Positions 1 through 19,997 of a DNA stretch of 64,000 nucleotides are shown here, piece by piece. The stretch is from Eledone cirrhosa (taxonomy: Eukaryota), in NCBI GenBank assembly GCA_964016885.1, contig OZ024743.1:165850001-165914000 (forward strand), written 5' to 3'. The position numbers and the translations under genes were made by a program. Under the pieces are notes generated by a model. It ran no database searches and had not been told where the DNA came from. It worked only from the letters and a program-made list of their open reading frames with translations. Position 1 is the stretch's first letter; each line of letters starts with the position of its first letter.

Positions 1-29
1 ATTACAAGCGTTGCCTTAAAAAAATATTA

Positions 30-308
30 AACTAGACCTGAAAATGCGCAAGCTCAAAAGAGCCACAGAATGTTATAATAAACCTTCAAAAGTGTGGGAC
101 TAGAGTTGTTGCTCAAAAATATTGTAATCATTATCTATCGTACATTCTGTGGCATCCTTTTATAAAAAATATCACAATAAATACATCTAGAGTGTACGAT
201 AGATAATGATTACAATATGTTTTAGCAACAACTCTAGTCCCACACTTTTGAAGGTTTATTATAACATTCTGTGGCTCTTTTGAGCTTGCGCATTTTTCAG
301 GTCTAGTG
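30..308. repeat. Inverted repeat, arms of about 115 bp (about 30-143 and 193-308), PLE-terminus-like fold-back
   Basis: ctagacctgaaaatgcgcaagctcaaaag...atctatcgtaca is reverse-complemented as tgtacgatagat...cttgcgcatttttcaggtctag. Confidence 0.8.
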
Positions 309-602
309 TAAATATGTGTATACACACATGTATAAATACATATGTGTATTTACGCAGTTATTGGAAAAATCGTGTAAATTCATTTTTTAAATGTATAAGT
401 GAGTAAGGTCCCTAAGACTATTAGTAATTTATTTTTTTTAAAAAAATGATAAACATCGAAAAAATCGATTAGTATATCGGAAAAAAATCGATTTAAATTC
501 CACGAAATTAAGAGTGGGGTTTCAGACAATACTTTAATTATTACCAATGCATTCACGATTTCGTGTAATTGCCGGTCAACAAAAAACTTCCATTTTAAAT
601 AG

Positions 603-670
<68 letters not shown>

Positions 671-674
<4 letters not shown>

Positions 675-1835
675 TAAAACATGTCTATAGAATCACAAGA
701 TAAAATATATACTATTTCCTCTCCCAATTAGCATAATTAACTATATAAAAAATCGAATAGACCAGGCTATAAGAATGAGGCTTCTATGAAGAAATCTCCG
801 ACAAATAACCAAAACTAGCCCTTCGCGTCGGCCGTAGCGGAATATGTATCGAATATTTCGACTCCTGTTTAGTTGACTATATCTGGGCGATTACGCTGTC
901 GAAATATTCGATAAATATTCCGCTACGGCCGACGCGAAGGGCTAGTTTTGGTTATTTGTCGGAGATTTCTTCATAGAAGCCTCCTTCTTATAGCCTGGTC
1001 TATTCGATTTTTTATATAGTTAATTATGCTAATTGGGAGAGGAAATAGTATATATTTTATCTTGTGATTCTATAGACATGTTTTATGATATATAGCTCTG
1101 ATTGTTTAATTTATTAATTTTTCATTGAGCCACAAAGTGACAAGTTGCAAAACACGTATATGTATATATATGTATATATATATGTAAAATTTTATATGTA
1201 ATAATCTCCCATTAGGTTGAGATACAAATTTGGCTGTATTGTGCTGTGCTTTCTAGCAAAAATGCCACCAGTCGTAAGCAACTACCACACCCCCTTCGAA
1301 CCTGACCGCGACTACGTCACGATTTTTAGCCATTTTGAATTAATTCTTGGCGCGATCACTTTGGAAAATTTAGTGTCTAGATAAGAGCGAACTTCCTGAT
1401 GAATCCGACGCTCGAGTTTATATAATTATTACATAATTATTGGAAGACTCAAAATACGGATGAAACCATGGTAGAGGTATTTAAATGTATTCTATTTTCT
1501 CCTAGTTTATTTTACACCTAATTCTGTTTAGTTGACTGTAGCTGGGCGATTACGCTGTCGAAATATTCGATAAATATTCCGCTACGGCCGACGCGAAGGG
1601 CTAGTTTTGGTTATTTGTCGGAGATTTCTTCATAGAAGCCTCATTCTTATAGCCTGGTCTATTCGATTTTTTATATAGTTAATTATGCTAATTGGGAGAG
1701 GAAATAGTATATATTTTATCTTATGATTCTATAGACATGTTTTATGATATATAGCTCTGATTGTTTAATTTATTAATTTTTCATTGAGCCACAAAGTGAC
1801 CAGTTGCAAAACACGTATATGTATATATATGTAAA

Positions 1836-1840
<5 letters not shown>
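671..1840 (+). mobile_element. Non-coding HHR-bearing element (PLE-derived or retrozyme-like) with a direct repeat and an inverted 5' arm, flanked by (TA)n
   Basis: 885-1195 is repeated at 1525-1840 (period about 640); 671-882 is the inverse of 898-1092; HHR at 1391-1478. Confidence 0.7.
1391..1478 (+). ncRNA. Type I hammerhead ribozyme
   Basis: acttc CTGATGA atccg..cggat GAAA ccatgg TA gaggt; stems I and II pair; stem III is palindromic. Confidence 0.85.
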
Positions 1841-1933
<93 letters not shown>

Positions 1934-1972
1934 ATATTAAATAAATGGAAACTATATTTATAAAACCATATT

Positions 1973-2033
1973 TATTCTATTATATATATTTCAAGGGTAC
2001 CAACATTTTGGTACGCTATCATCAGATAAAATA
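1973..2033 (-). ncRNA. Type I hammerhead ribozyme (same family as 56371)
   Basis: Minus strand: tattttat CTGATGA tagcgtaccaaaatgttggtaccctt GAAA tatata TA atagaata. Confidence 0.8.
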
Positions 2034-2216
2034 CGAAGTGTGTTTTATAAATTTTGACATAACCAAGGAGAATATACCTTAACGGTTCAAGGATAATATA
2101 GTTTCCATTTATTTAATATCATTGTATATTATACTCCAGAAAACTGCAGAGTACTCTGAATCAGTTATAAACATTTATATTTGTTGAATTACCAACAAAT
2201 TGAAAATCCATTCTGC

Positions 2217-2262
<46 letters not shown>

Positions 2263-2267
2263 CACAC

Positions 2268-2350
<83 letters not shown>

Positions 2351-2404
2351 CGTTTCTGAATTTGTTTAGCAAGATTCTTTATCTGAAAACGTGTGTTGAA
2401 ACCG

Positions 2405-3030
2405 ATATTGTTATATTTTGGGAGGGTCATGTTGCTAATAAGAAACACACGCACCAGGTGCTTTCACTTCAATTTATTATAATAAATTTATAAATTTCCG
2501 GTTGGTTGGTTGGTTCCACAACCAGATGATTGTTTATATATATATTGTCAAAGTTCTTTCGTCACACATTCTGTGACCTGTTCAGTGACTGGGGATTCTT
2601 TTCTTTGTTTTTGTGCCTCTCCTTTGTTCTGTCCTACGCCATCTTGTTTGTGTGTGTGTGTTGTGTGCTTAGTTTGCGCATGTGTTAAATCCGGGTGTCT
2701 GTGTGTGTTTATATTCTTTTATTTACATGTTACTGGTTGGTTGTTTGTTCTATGTGCGTGTGTGTTTTTATTTTGTCCTTAATTGTAAGTTGTGATGTTG
2801 CTGTTCCACTCGTGTTTTCTATTTAATTTTGGTTGGAGTTCATTTATGTTTATTGCCTCTGTGATTTGTCTAAACATTGCGTCTTTTCTGTGTGTAGATT
2901 CTATAGAATCTACACACAGAAAAGACCGGAAATTTATAAATTCCTAAATTTATTATAATAAATTGAAGTGAAAGCAACTGGTGCGTGTGTTTCTTATTGT
3001 CTTATTGGCAACATGACCCTCCCAAAGTAT

Positions 3031-3037
<7 letters not shown>
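2405..3037 (-). mobile_element. PLE 3'-end relic with inverted termini and a mutated HHR (2547-2589)
   Basis: 2405-2500 is inverted at about 2925-3037; minus strand gtca CTGAACA g gtcaca gaatg tgtgac GAAA gaac TT tgac, homologous to the HHR at 51086. Confidence 0.6.
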
Positions 3038-3074
<37 letters not shown>

Positions 3075-3076
<2 letters not shown>

Positions 3077-3262
3077 CGAAGGAAATGTGGTAAGGAACCA
3101 GGTGGACCATAACGCACCAAAGTACTCAATACTTGAGGTAGTAGAGTGGGTAATAGGAACCAGTAAGACCCGACAGCTGAGCTCAAGCCGTTTCGACGGC
3201 TAATTCAGAATTAGCCGTCGAAACGGCTTGAGCTCAGCTGTCGGGGTCTTACTGGTTCCTAT
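3075..3262 (-). mobile_element. PLE 3'-terminal fragment with fold-back hairpin and the 3' half of an HHR
   Basis: Hairpin 3152-3206 / 3208-3262; GAAA cggct tgagctc agctg TC; homologous to 4775-4980. Confidence 0.6.
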
Positions 3263-3299
3263 ATATATATATATAGAATATATATATATATATATATAT

Positions 3300-3338
<39 letters not shown>

Positions 3339-3345
3339 TGTGTGT

Positions 3346-4376
3346 AAAAGGAAAAAAAACAGTAAAAAATGGTAAAGGGATTTTCTCTCAGAATTACATG
3401 GAAAACATTTATTCACAAAATAGGGATTTCGGCATTTGATTGTACTGGTTTCAGCTTATACGCTTTTTTCAACGACGGAAGTGTATAATGCAATTAAATT
3501 GCATATTAATAAGAATAATAAGAATATGGAGAAAGAAATTAGTTTTTACATTCATATATAGGGAGAAAAGTTCACATTTTTGTCGTAGTTTTCTTTCTTT
3601 TTCTCTTAGTGTTGATCTTAGCCTTACCAACAGTGGTGATTGCACTTTAAGCTGTTGGCTTCGACTGTAGTGGATGTAGAGGGATGACAAGAAGAAGACG
3701 AAGAAGAAGGGGAGGAACAGGGGATAGGTGTGGTAGTAATACCAGGGCTATGAAAAGGAAGGGAAAGACGGAGAAGGGGTGGGTGAAGCAGAAGGGGATG
3801 ATGGGGAGGTGTAGCAGTAATAGTATTACTGTTAATAATGGTAAAGGGAGCTGTCCGTGGGATTGGCTTAAATGATTGAGTGACCTTAGAGTTGACTGAG
3901 GAAGTAATTGTTTCTAAACATATCTATGTTGGGTATTTCTGTCTGTAATGCTTGGCATTCTTAAATTGACGTGCAGTGTCGATGGTGCTAATTTTCAAGT
4001 GTGCCAGCTGCAGTTTCGTCTGAAGTATATGCATTTAGAAAGGAGTTTGTATTTAGCGATAAAGTGTGATTTTTTGCTCTGGATGTAGGAAGCGTTGTCT
4101 TTAGGTCCTCCGCATTTTTTTTACACTTGGTTTCATTGTTAAGGTTAACACTAACAGAGAAAGAAGAAAACTACGGGCAAAAATGTGAACTTTTTTGCCT
4201 AAATATGTATGTAAAAACTAATTTTTTTCTCTATTCCGTCGTTGAAAAAGAAAAAGCGTATAAGCTGAAACCGGTACAATTAAATGCGGAAAACCCTATT
4301 TTGTAAATAAATATTTTGGTGTTATTCTGAGAGAAAATCCCTTTAGCATTTTCTACTGTTTTTTTTTCCTTTTTTA
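3346..4376 (-). mobile_element. Degraded PLE 3' fragment with inverted pseudo-LTR arms (about 3346-3620 and 4140-4376)
   Basis: Diverged inverted arms; HHR remnant agc gtataa gct GAAA ccgg TA caa; the minus strand near 4030-4090 reads SKKSHFIAKYKLL, like a GIY-YIG C-terminus. Confidence 0.5.
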
Positions 4377-4448
4377 CTAATTTTTTTATTTATATCAACT
4401 CGTGTGTCACTTCTCTACATTCCACATATATATATATATATATATATA

Positions 4449-4542
<94 letters not shown>

Positions 4543-4635
4543 GTATATATATGTATATATATATATATGTATATATATAATATATATATGTATATATATA
4601 TATATATATATGTATAGATATATATTATATATATA

Positions 4636-4668
<33 letters not shown>

Positions 4669-4711
4669 ATATATATATGTATATATATATATGTATATAT
4701 ATATATATGTA

Positions 4712-4774
<63 letters not shown>

Positions 4775-4779
<5 letters not shown>

Positions 4780-4980
4780 AACGAGTAGGACCCGACGGCT
4801 GAGCTCAAGCCGTTTCGACGGCTAATTCTGGACTAAATTTAGTCCATAATTAGCCGTCGAAACGGCTTGAGCTCAGCCGTCGGGGTCCTACTCGTTCCTA
4901 TTACCCACTCTACTACCCTAAGTATTGAGTACTTTGGTGCGTTATGGTCCACCTGGTTCCTTACCACATTTCTTCCGTTA
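4775..4980 (+). mobile_element. PLE 3'-terminal fragment with fold-back hairpin and the 3' half of an HHR
   Basis: Palindrome 4775-4901 centred near 4838; GAAA cggct tgagctc agccg TC ggggt. Confidence 0.6.
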
Positions 4981-4988
4981 TATATATA

Positions 4989-6130
4989 TATAATACAACT
5001 GGCTTTTCCACATAATACATATTGTTAGCGCCCCAAACACTTAAAGTGGGTTTATATTCAAATATAACCTAATGTTTGTTGAGTGAGATGGTTACCAGTC
5101 AGAGATTAGCTTTAAACTATCTCTGTTATTGTATTTAATATTTTACTCTTGATTGGCCAGAGGTGTTTATTTCCAGATACCTTATAAATTTGACTTTCTG
5201 TATTTATTACTGTTGTGCGATATTGTGGTTTTTATTGGTTGTAACTTCTCTGTTTTTTAGCCTAAGAAAATATATATATGCCTATGTATATGATTACATG
5301 CATACATTTATTTTTTTAAATTAATTGAGTTCTTTACACGAGGAAATTGATATTAGTTTTGAAATAACTAATTAACCAGCGTATGTTTTATATTTTACTC
5401 TTATTCGGCCGGAGATTTACATTCCATTTGCCCTTTAAAGCATAACTTTCCGTATTTACTACGGTTACGAGATGCGGTTTCTTATTCAGGTACAACCTCT
5501 GATTTAGCCTAAGAAAATATCTATATGCGTGTGTAATTTATACACGCATATATTTATTTTTTAATTTCAATTGAGTTCTTAACACGTTGGATTGATAATG
5601 TTTTTCGAAAAAACTGATTAACCCGCGTGTATATTATTATTTTTTTTCCTCCTTTCGTGGACCGTAGTTGTCTCCCCTTCCCGCTTAGTGACGCTATGAT
5701 ACTTCCTCAGTCAAAAACTGCTGGAATTTCAAATTTGCCGGTCATTCGATGCGGGAAGGAGCAACTTAACGGACACGATTTTTAACTCTGGTAAGAAATG
5801 GTTTTCTATATCAAAAGTTTAATGGGCTTCCACTGATGATTTAATAACGCCCACCTAAATTATATTCTTTCATGAATGTATATTAGGCTTCTACATAAAC
5901 TGGAAATATTCTCCGAATTTACTTATAATGAAACAATTGTTTGGAAAGAGAGATATATTTTAACTTTAATTATATCTCGTAAAATAATACAACTGGCTTT
6001 TCCACATAATACATATTGTTAGCACCCCAAACACTTAAATTGGGTTTATATTCAAATATAACCTAATGTTTGTTGAGTGAGATGGTTACCAGTCAGAGAT
6101 TAGCTTTAAACTATCTCTGTTATTGTATTA
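4989..6130 (+). mobile_element. Non-coding HHR element of about 1 kb with terminal direct repeats of about 150 bp, flanked by (TA)n
   Basis: 4989-5135 is repeated at 5983-6130; diverged internal duplication of about 250 bp; HHR at 5828-5946. Confidence 0.7.
5828..5946 (+). ncRNA. Type I hammerhead ribozyme with a long stem II insertion
   Basis: ttcca CTGATGA ttta..(about 90 nt)..ataat GAAA caattg TT tggaa. Confidence 0.75.
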
Positions 6131-6132
6131 AT

Positions 6133-6174
<42 letters not shown>

Positions 6175-6291
6175 TAGCTGATGTACCCAGCTTCACCCAG
6201 GTAAACAGATAAGAGAAGATAGGTAGAAGAGAAAATGACTGTATTGGATGTTTGTCTGGTTACTGTGTGAGGTGAAACCGTGGTGTGTGTG

Positions 6292-6491
6292 NNNNNNNNN
6301 NNNNNNNNNNNNNNNNNNNNNNNNNNNNNNNNNNNNNNNNNNNNNNNNNNNNNNNNNNNNNNNNNNNNNNNNNNNNNNNNNNNNNNNNNNNNNNNNNNNN
6401 NNNNNNNNNNNNNNNNNNNNNNNNNNNNNNNNNNNNNNNNNNNNNNNNNNNNNNNNNNNNNNNNNNNNNNNNNNNNNNNNNNNNNNNNNNN
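6292..6491. other. Assembly gap (200 N)
   Basis: Run of n. Confidence 1.
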
Positions 6492-9070
<2,579 letters not shown>

Positions 9071-9130
9071 AAAATATTAAACAAATAATGAATAAACAAT
9101 GAGACTGTTCCTTATATTAACAAAAAAGTT

Positions 9131-9280
9131 CATTATTTAACGATCGTTTCTAGGATATATATGTGTTAGAATTGGCATGCATATTCAACAGATCTATGTA
9201 CAAAATTATACAAAATTATACAAACTATCAAGATTAAATATACATACCAACACATATATACGCCGTCTTCAGAAATAATG
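9131..9280 (-). ncRNA. Type I hammerhead ribozyme with a long stem II
   Basis: Minus strand: cattattt CTGAAGA cgg..tatatatgtgtt..aacacatatata..ccta GAAA cgatcg TT aaataatg (8-bp stem I). Confidence 0.85.
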
Positions 9281-9837
9281 AAGTATATTTATTGATAATA
9301 ACACCATTCAAATTTCAGGTCCGTTTGGGAACAAAATTGACCATGAAAACACAAAGGGTTAAATGCAGTTCGGTGTGTGTATATACATGTAAAACCCTTA
9401 CACATATTTTACAAAAATGTATGTATAAATTTGTATACGCATACTAAAAGGATGGATGCAAATACAAAATTTCAAGGTTAATGTCTCTGTAAGTTTATAA
9501 TGCACAGATAAGATGCGTATAGACACACAGATATGAAATTAAGTATATAAATATATTTTTCATACTCACACATATCCGTACAATCACACATACACGCGCG
9601 TATATGCATAAATATACACATAACCACGAACATACAAACACACACACACACCCACTCACATTTATATATGTGGATATAAAATCATAAGCACATGGATATT
9701 TTATCTTGACTCTGTATACCGTTTATCTTTCACCGAAGTGATTTTTCATTACATCTCTTCTTTCCGTGATATCCGGAATACATTGAGTTCTTCATACGGA
9801 TTGGACACTACCGTAAACTCTTGGTAGATTTATCTAC

Positions 9838-14673
<4,836 letters not shown>

Positions 14674-17600
14674 ATATAAGTATGTATAGGTACATACATA
14701 TATGTATACAGACGTACAGTAGCATGTATATATATACATACATGCACACATATATATATGTACGTATGGATTCACCGAACATTTATTATAATGTTCGGTG
14801 TGTTTGTAAACAAACATCCCGAATTAAGCCGTACAGTGTCTAGCAACCATCGTTGCTCATTTGTTCAACACTGACAAACGAACGCTGTACTAGTTTCAAG
14901 CTTATTAGCTATCGTCAGCAACGTATACCTTCCTGCCAGATAATTGAACGTCTGAAAGTCTATACTTTCCTTATGCATATTAACGGCTGAGCAGCCTAAT
15001 TTGCATATCGAGTGAGTTAATCGGCCAGGCGCGCCGAAAACGATAAACGGAAAAAATAAAACGAAATTTCATTTCTCACTCTTAGTACGGTTGTTACTGA
15101 AATATAAGTATGTATATGTACATACATATATGTATTCAGATGTACGGTAGTATGTATATATATATACATACATGCACACATATATATATATGTACGTATG
15201 GATTCACCGAACATTTATTATAATGCTAGGTGTGTTTGTAAACAAACATCCCGAATTTAGCCGTACAGTGTCTAGCAACAATCGTTGCTCATTTGTTCCA
15301 CACTGACAAAGGAACGCTGTACTAGTTTCAAGTTTATTAGCTATCGTCAGCAACGTATACCTTCCTGCCAGATAATTGAACGTCTGAAAGTCTATACTTT
15401 CCTAATGCATGTTAACGGCTGAGCAGCCTAATTTGTATATCGAGTGAGTTAATTGGCCGGGCGCGCCGAAAACGATTAACGGAAAAATGAAACCAAATGT
15501 CATTTCTCACTCTTAGTACGTCTGTTACTTAAATATAAGTATATATAAGTACATACATATATGTGTACAGACGTACAGTAGTATGTATATATATACATAC
15601 ATGCACACACATATATATTTACGTATGGATTCAACGAACTTTTATTATAATGCTCGGTGTGTTTGTAAACAAACATTCCGAATTAAGCCGTACTGTGTCT
15701 AGCAACCATCATTGCTCATTTGTTCAAAACTGACAAAGGAACGCTGTACTAGTTTCCAGCTTATTAGCTATCGTCAGCAACGTATACCTTCCTGCCAGAT
15801 GATTGCACGTCTGAAAGTATATACTTTCCTTATGCATATTAACGGCTGAGCAGCCTAATTTGCATATCGAGTGAGTTAACTGGCCGGGCATGCCGGAAAT
15901 AAAAACGGAAAAAATGAAACGAAATTTCATTTCTCACTCTTAGTACGTCTGTTACTTAAATATAAGTATGTATACATACATACTTATATGTATACAGACG
16001 TACTGTAGTATGTATATATATATATATATATACATACATGCATGTACACATATATATATGTACGTAAGGATTCACCGAACATTTATTATAATGCTCGGTG
16101 TGTTTGTAAACATACATCCCGAATTAAGCCGTACAGTGTCTAGCAACCATCGTTGCTCATTTGTTCAATACTGATAAAGGAACGCTGTACTAGTTTCAAG
16201 CTTATTAGCTATCATCAGCAATGTATACCTTCCTGCCAGATGATTGAACGTCTTAAAGTATATACATTCCGCATGCATATTAACGGCTGAGCAGCCTAAT
16301 TTGTATATCGAGTGAGTTAATCGGCCGCGCGCGCTGAAAACGATAAAGGGAAAAATGAATCGAAATTTCATTTCTCACTCTTAGTACGTCTATTTCTTAA
16401 ATATAAGTATGTATACGTACATACATATATGCATACAGACGTACAGTAGTATCTATATATATATATACATACATGCACACATATATATATGTACGTATGG
16501 ATTCACCGAACATTTATTATAATGCTGGGTGTGTTTGGAAACAAACATCCCGAATTAAGCCGTACAGTGTCTAGCAACCATCGTTTCTCATTTGTTCAAC
16601 ACTGAAAAAAAAAACGCTGTACAAGGTTCAAGCTTATTAGCTATCGTCAGCACCGTATACCTTCCTGCCAGATGATTGAACGTCTGAAAGTATATACTTT
16701 CCTTATGCATATTAACGGCTGAGCAACCTAATTTTTTATATCGAGTGAGTTAATCGGCCGGGCTCGCCGAAAACGATTAAAATGAAACGAAATTTTATTT
16801 CTCACGCTTCGTACGGCTGTTACTTAAATATAAGTATGTATACGTACAGACATATATGTATTCAGACGTACGGTAGTATGTATATATATATATACATACA
16901 TGCACACATATATATATGTACGTATGGATTCACCGAACATTTATTATAATGCTCGGCGTGTTTGTAAACAAACATCCCGAATTAAGCCGTACAGTGTCAA
17001 GCAACCATCGTTGCTCATTTATTCAACACTGACAAAGGAACGCTGCAGTAATTTCAAGCTTATTAGCTATCGTCAGCAATGTATACCTTCCTGCCAGATG
17101 ATTGAACGTCTGAAAGTATATACTTTCCTCATGCATATCAACGGCTGAGCAGCCTAATTTGCATATCGAGTGAGTTAATCGGCCGGGCGCGCCGAAAACG
17201 ATAAACGGAAAAACTGAAACGAAATTTCATTTCTCACTCTGAGTACGGCTGTTACTTAAATATAAGTATGTATAGGTACATACATATATGTATACAGACG
17301 TACAGTAGTATGTATATATATATTTATACATACATGCACACATATATATATGTACGTATGGATTCACCGAACATTTATTATAATGCTCGGTGTGTTTGTA
17401 AACAAACATAACGAATTAAGCCGTACAGTGTCTAGCAACCATCGTTGCTCATTTATTCCACACTGAGAAAGGAACGCTGTACTAGTTTCAAGCTTATTAG
17501 CTATCGTCAGCAACGTAAAACCTTCCTGCCAGATGATTGAACGTCTTAATGTATATACTTTCCTTATCCATATTAACGGCTGAGCAGCCTAATTTGTATA

Positions 17601-19997
17601 TCGAGTGAGTTAATGGGCTGGGCGCGCCGAAAACGATAAACGGAAAAATGAAATGAAATTTCATTTCTGACTCTTAGTACGGCTTTTACTTAAATATAAG
17701 TATGTATAGGTACATACATATATGTATACAGACGTACAGTTGTATGTATATATATATATATATACATACATGCACACATATATATATGTACGTATGGATT
17801 CACCGAACATTTATTATAATGCTCGGTGTGTTTGTAAACAAACATCCCGAATTAAGCCGTACAGTGTCTAGCAACCATCGTTGCTCATTTGTTCAACACT
17901 GACAAAGTAACGCTGCAGTAATTTCAAGCTTATTAGCTATCGTCAGCAATGTATACCTTCCTGCCAGATGATTGAACGTCTTAATGTATATACTTTCCTT
18001 ATCCATATTAACGGCTGAGCAGCCTAATTTGCATATCGAGTGAGTTAATCGGCCGGGCGCGCCGAAAACGATAAACGGAAAAAATGAAACGAAATTTCAT
18101 TCCTGACTCTTAGTACGGCTGTTACTGAAATATAAGTATGTATATGTACATACATATATGTATTCAGACGTACGGTAGTATGTATATATATATATACATA
18201 CATGCACATATATATATATGTACGTATGGATTTAGCGAACATTTATTATAATGCTAGGTGTGTTTGTAAACAAACATACCGAATTAAGCCGTACAGTGTC
18301 TAGCAACCATCATTGCTCATTTGTTCCACACTGACAAAGGAACGCTGTACTAGTTTCAAGCTTATTAGCTATCGTCAGCAACGTATACCTTCCTGCCAGA
18401 TGATTGAACGTCTTAATGTATATACTTTCCTTATCCAAATTAACGGCTGAGCAGCTTAATTTGTATATCGAGTGAGTTAATCGGCCGGGCGCGCCGAAAA
18501 CGATAAACGGAAAAAATGAAATGAAATGAAATTTCTGACTCTTAGTACGGCTTTTACTTAAATATAAGTATATATAGGTACATACATATATGTATACAGA
18601 CGTACAGTTGTATGTATATATATATATATACATACATGCACACATATATATATGTACGTATGGATTCACCGAACATTTATTATAATGCTCGGTGTGTTTG
18701 TAAACAAACATCCCGAATTAAGCCGTACAGTGTCTAGCAACCATCGTTGCTCATTTGTTCAACACTGACAAAGGAACGCTGCAGTAATTTCAAGCTTATT
18801 AGCTATCGTCAGCAATGTATACCTTCCTGCCAGATGATTGAACGTCTGAGAGTATATACTTTCCTTATGCATATTAACGGCTGAGCAGCCTAATTTACAT
18901 ATCGAGTGAGTTAATGGGCCGGGCGCGCAGAAAACGATAAACGGAAAAAAAATGAAACGAAATTTCATTTCTCACTCTTAGTATGGCTGTTACTTAAATA
19001 TAAGTATGTATACGTACATACATATATGTATACAGACGAACAGTAGTATGTATATATATATATACATACATGCACACATATATATATGTACGTATGGATT
19101 TAACGAACATTTATTATAATGCTCGGTGTGTTTGTAAACAAACATCCCGAATTAAGCCGTACAGTGTCTAGGAACCATCGTTGCTCATTTGTTCAACACT
19201 GACAAAGGAACGCTGCAATAATTTCAAGCTTATTAGCTATCGTCAGCAATGTATACCATCCTGCGAGATGATTGAACGTCTGAAAGTATATACTTTCCTT
19301 ATGCATATCAACGGCTGAGCAGCCAAATGTGTATATTGAGTGAGTTAATCGGCCGGGCGCGCCGAAAACGATAAACGGAAAAAATGAAACGAAATTTTAT
19401 TTCTCACTCTTAGTACGACTGTTACTTAAATATTAGTATGAATACGTACATACATATATGTATACAGACGAATAGTAGTATGTATATATATATATATACA
19501 TACATGCACACATATATATATGTACGTATGGATTCACCGAACATTTCTTATAATGCTCGGTGTGTTTGTAAACAAACATCCCGATTTAAGCCGTACAGTG
19601 TCTAGCAACCATCGTTGCTCATTTGTTCAACACTGACAAACGAAAGCTGCATTAGTTTCAAGCTTATTAGCTATCGTCAGCCATGTATACCTTTCTGCCA
19701 GATGATTGAACGTCTGAAAGTATATACTTTCCTTATGCATATCAACGGCTGAGCAGCCTAATTTGCACATCGAGTGAGTTAATCGGCCGGGCGCGCCGAA
19801 AACGATAAATGGAATAGAATGAAACGAAATTTCATTTCTCACTCTTAGTACGGCTGTTACTTAAATATAAGTATGTATACGTACATACATATATGTATAA
19901 AGACGTACAGTAGTATATATATATATATACATACATGCACACATATATATATGCACGTATCGGTTTACCGAACATCTATTATAATGCTCGGTTTGTT

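Noticed and set aside
6170-6291. Helitron/Helentron-like start (actagctgatgtaccc); similar hints near 56914 and 60960
   Set aside because: Too short, cut by the gap, and no matching terminus could be confirmed.
15796-15830. Second, plus-strand hammerhead in the unit (cagatga..gaaagtatatactt), which would make the RNA ambisense and viroid-like
   Set aside because: The core reads CAGA not CUGA across copies, no stem I forms, and the segment is altered in the 32-kb copies; two simple hairpins explain it.
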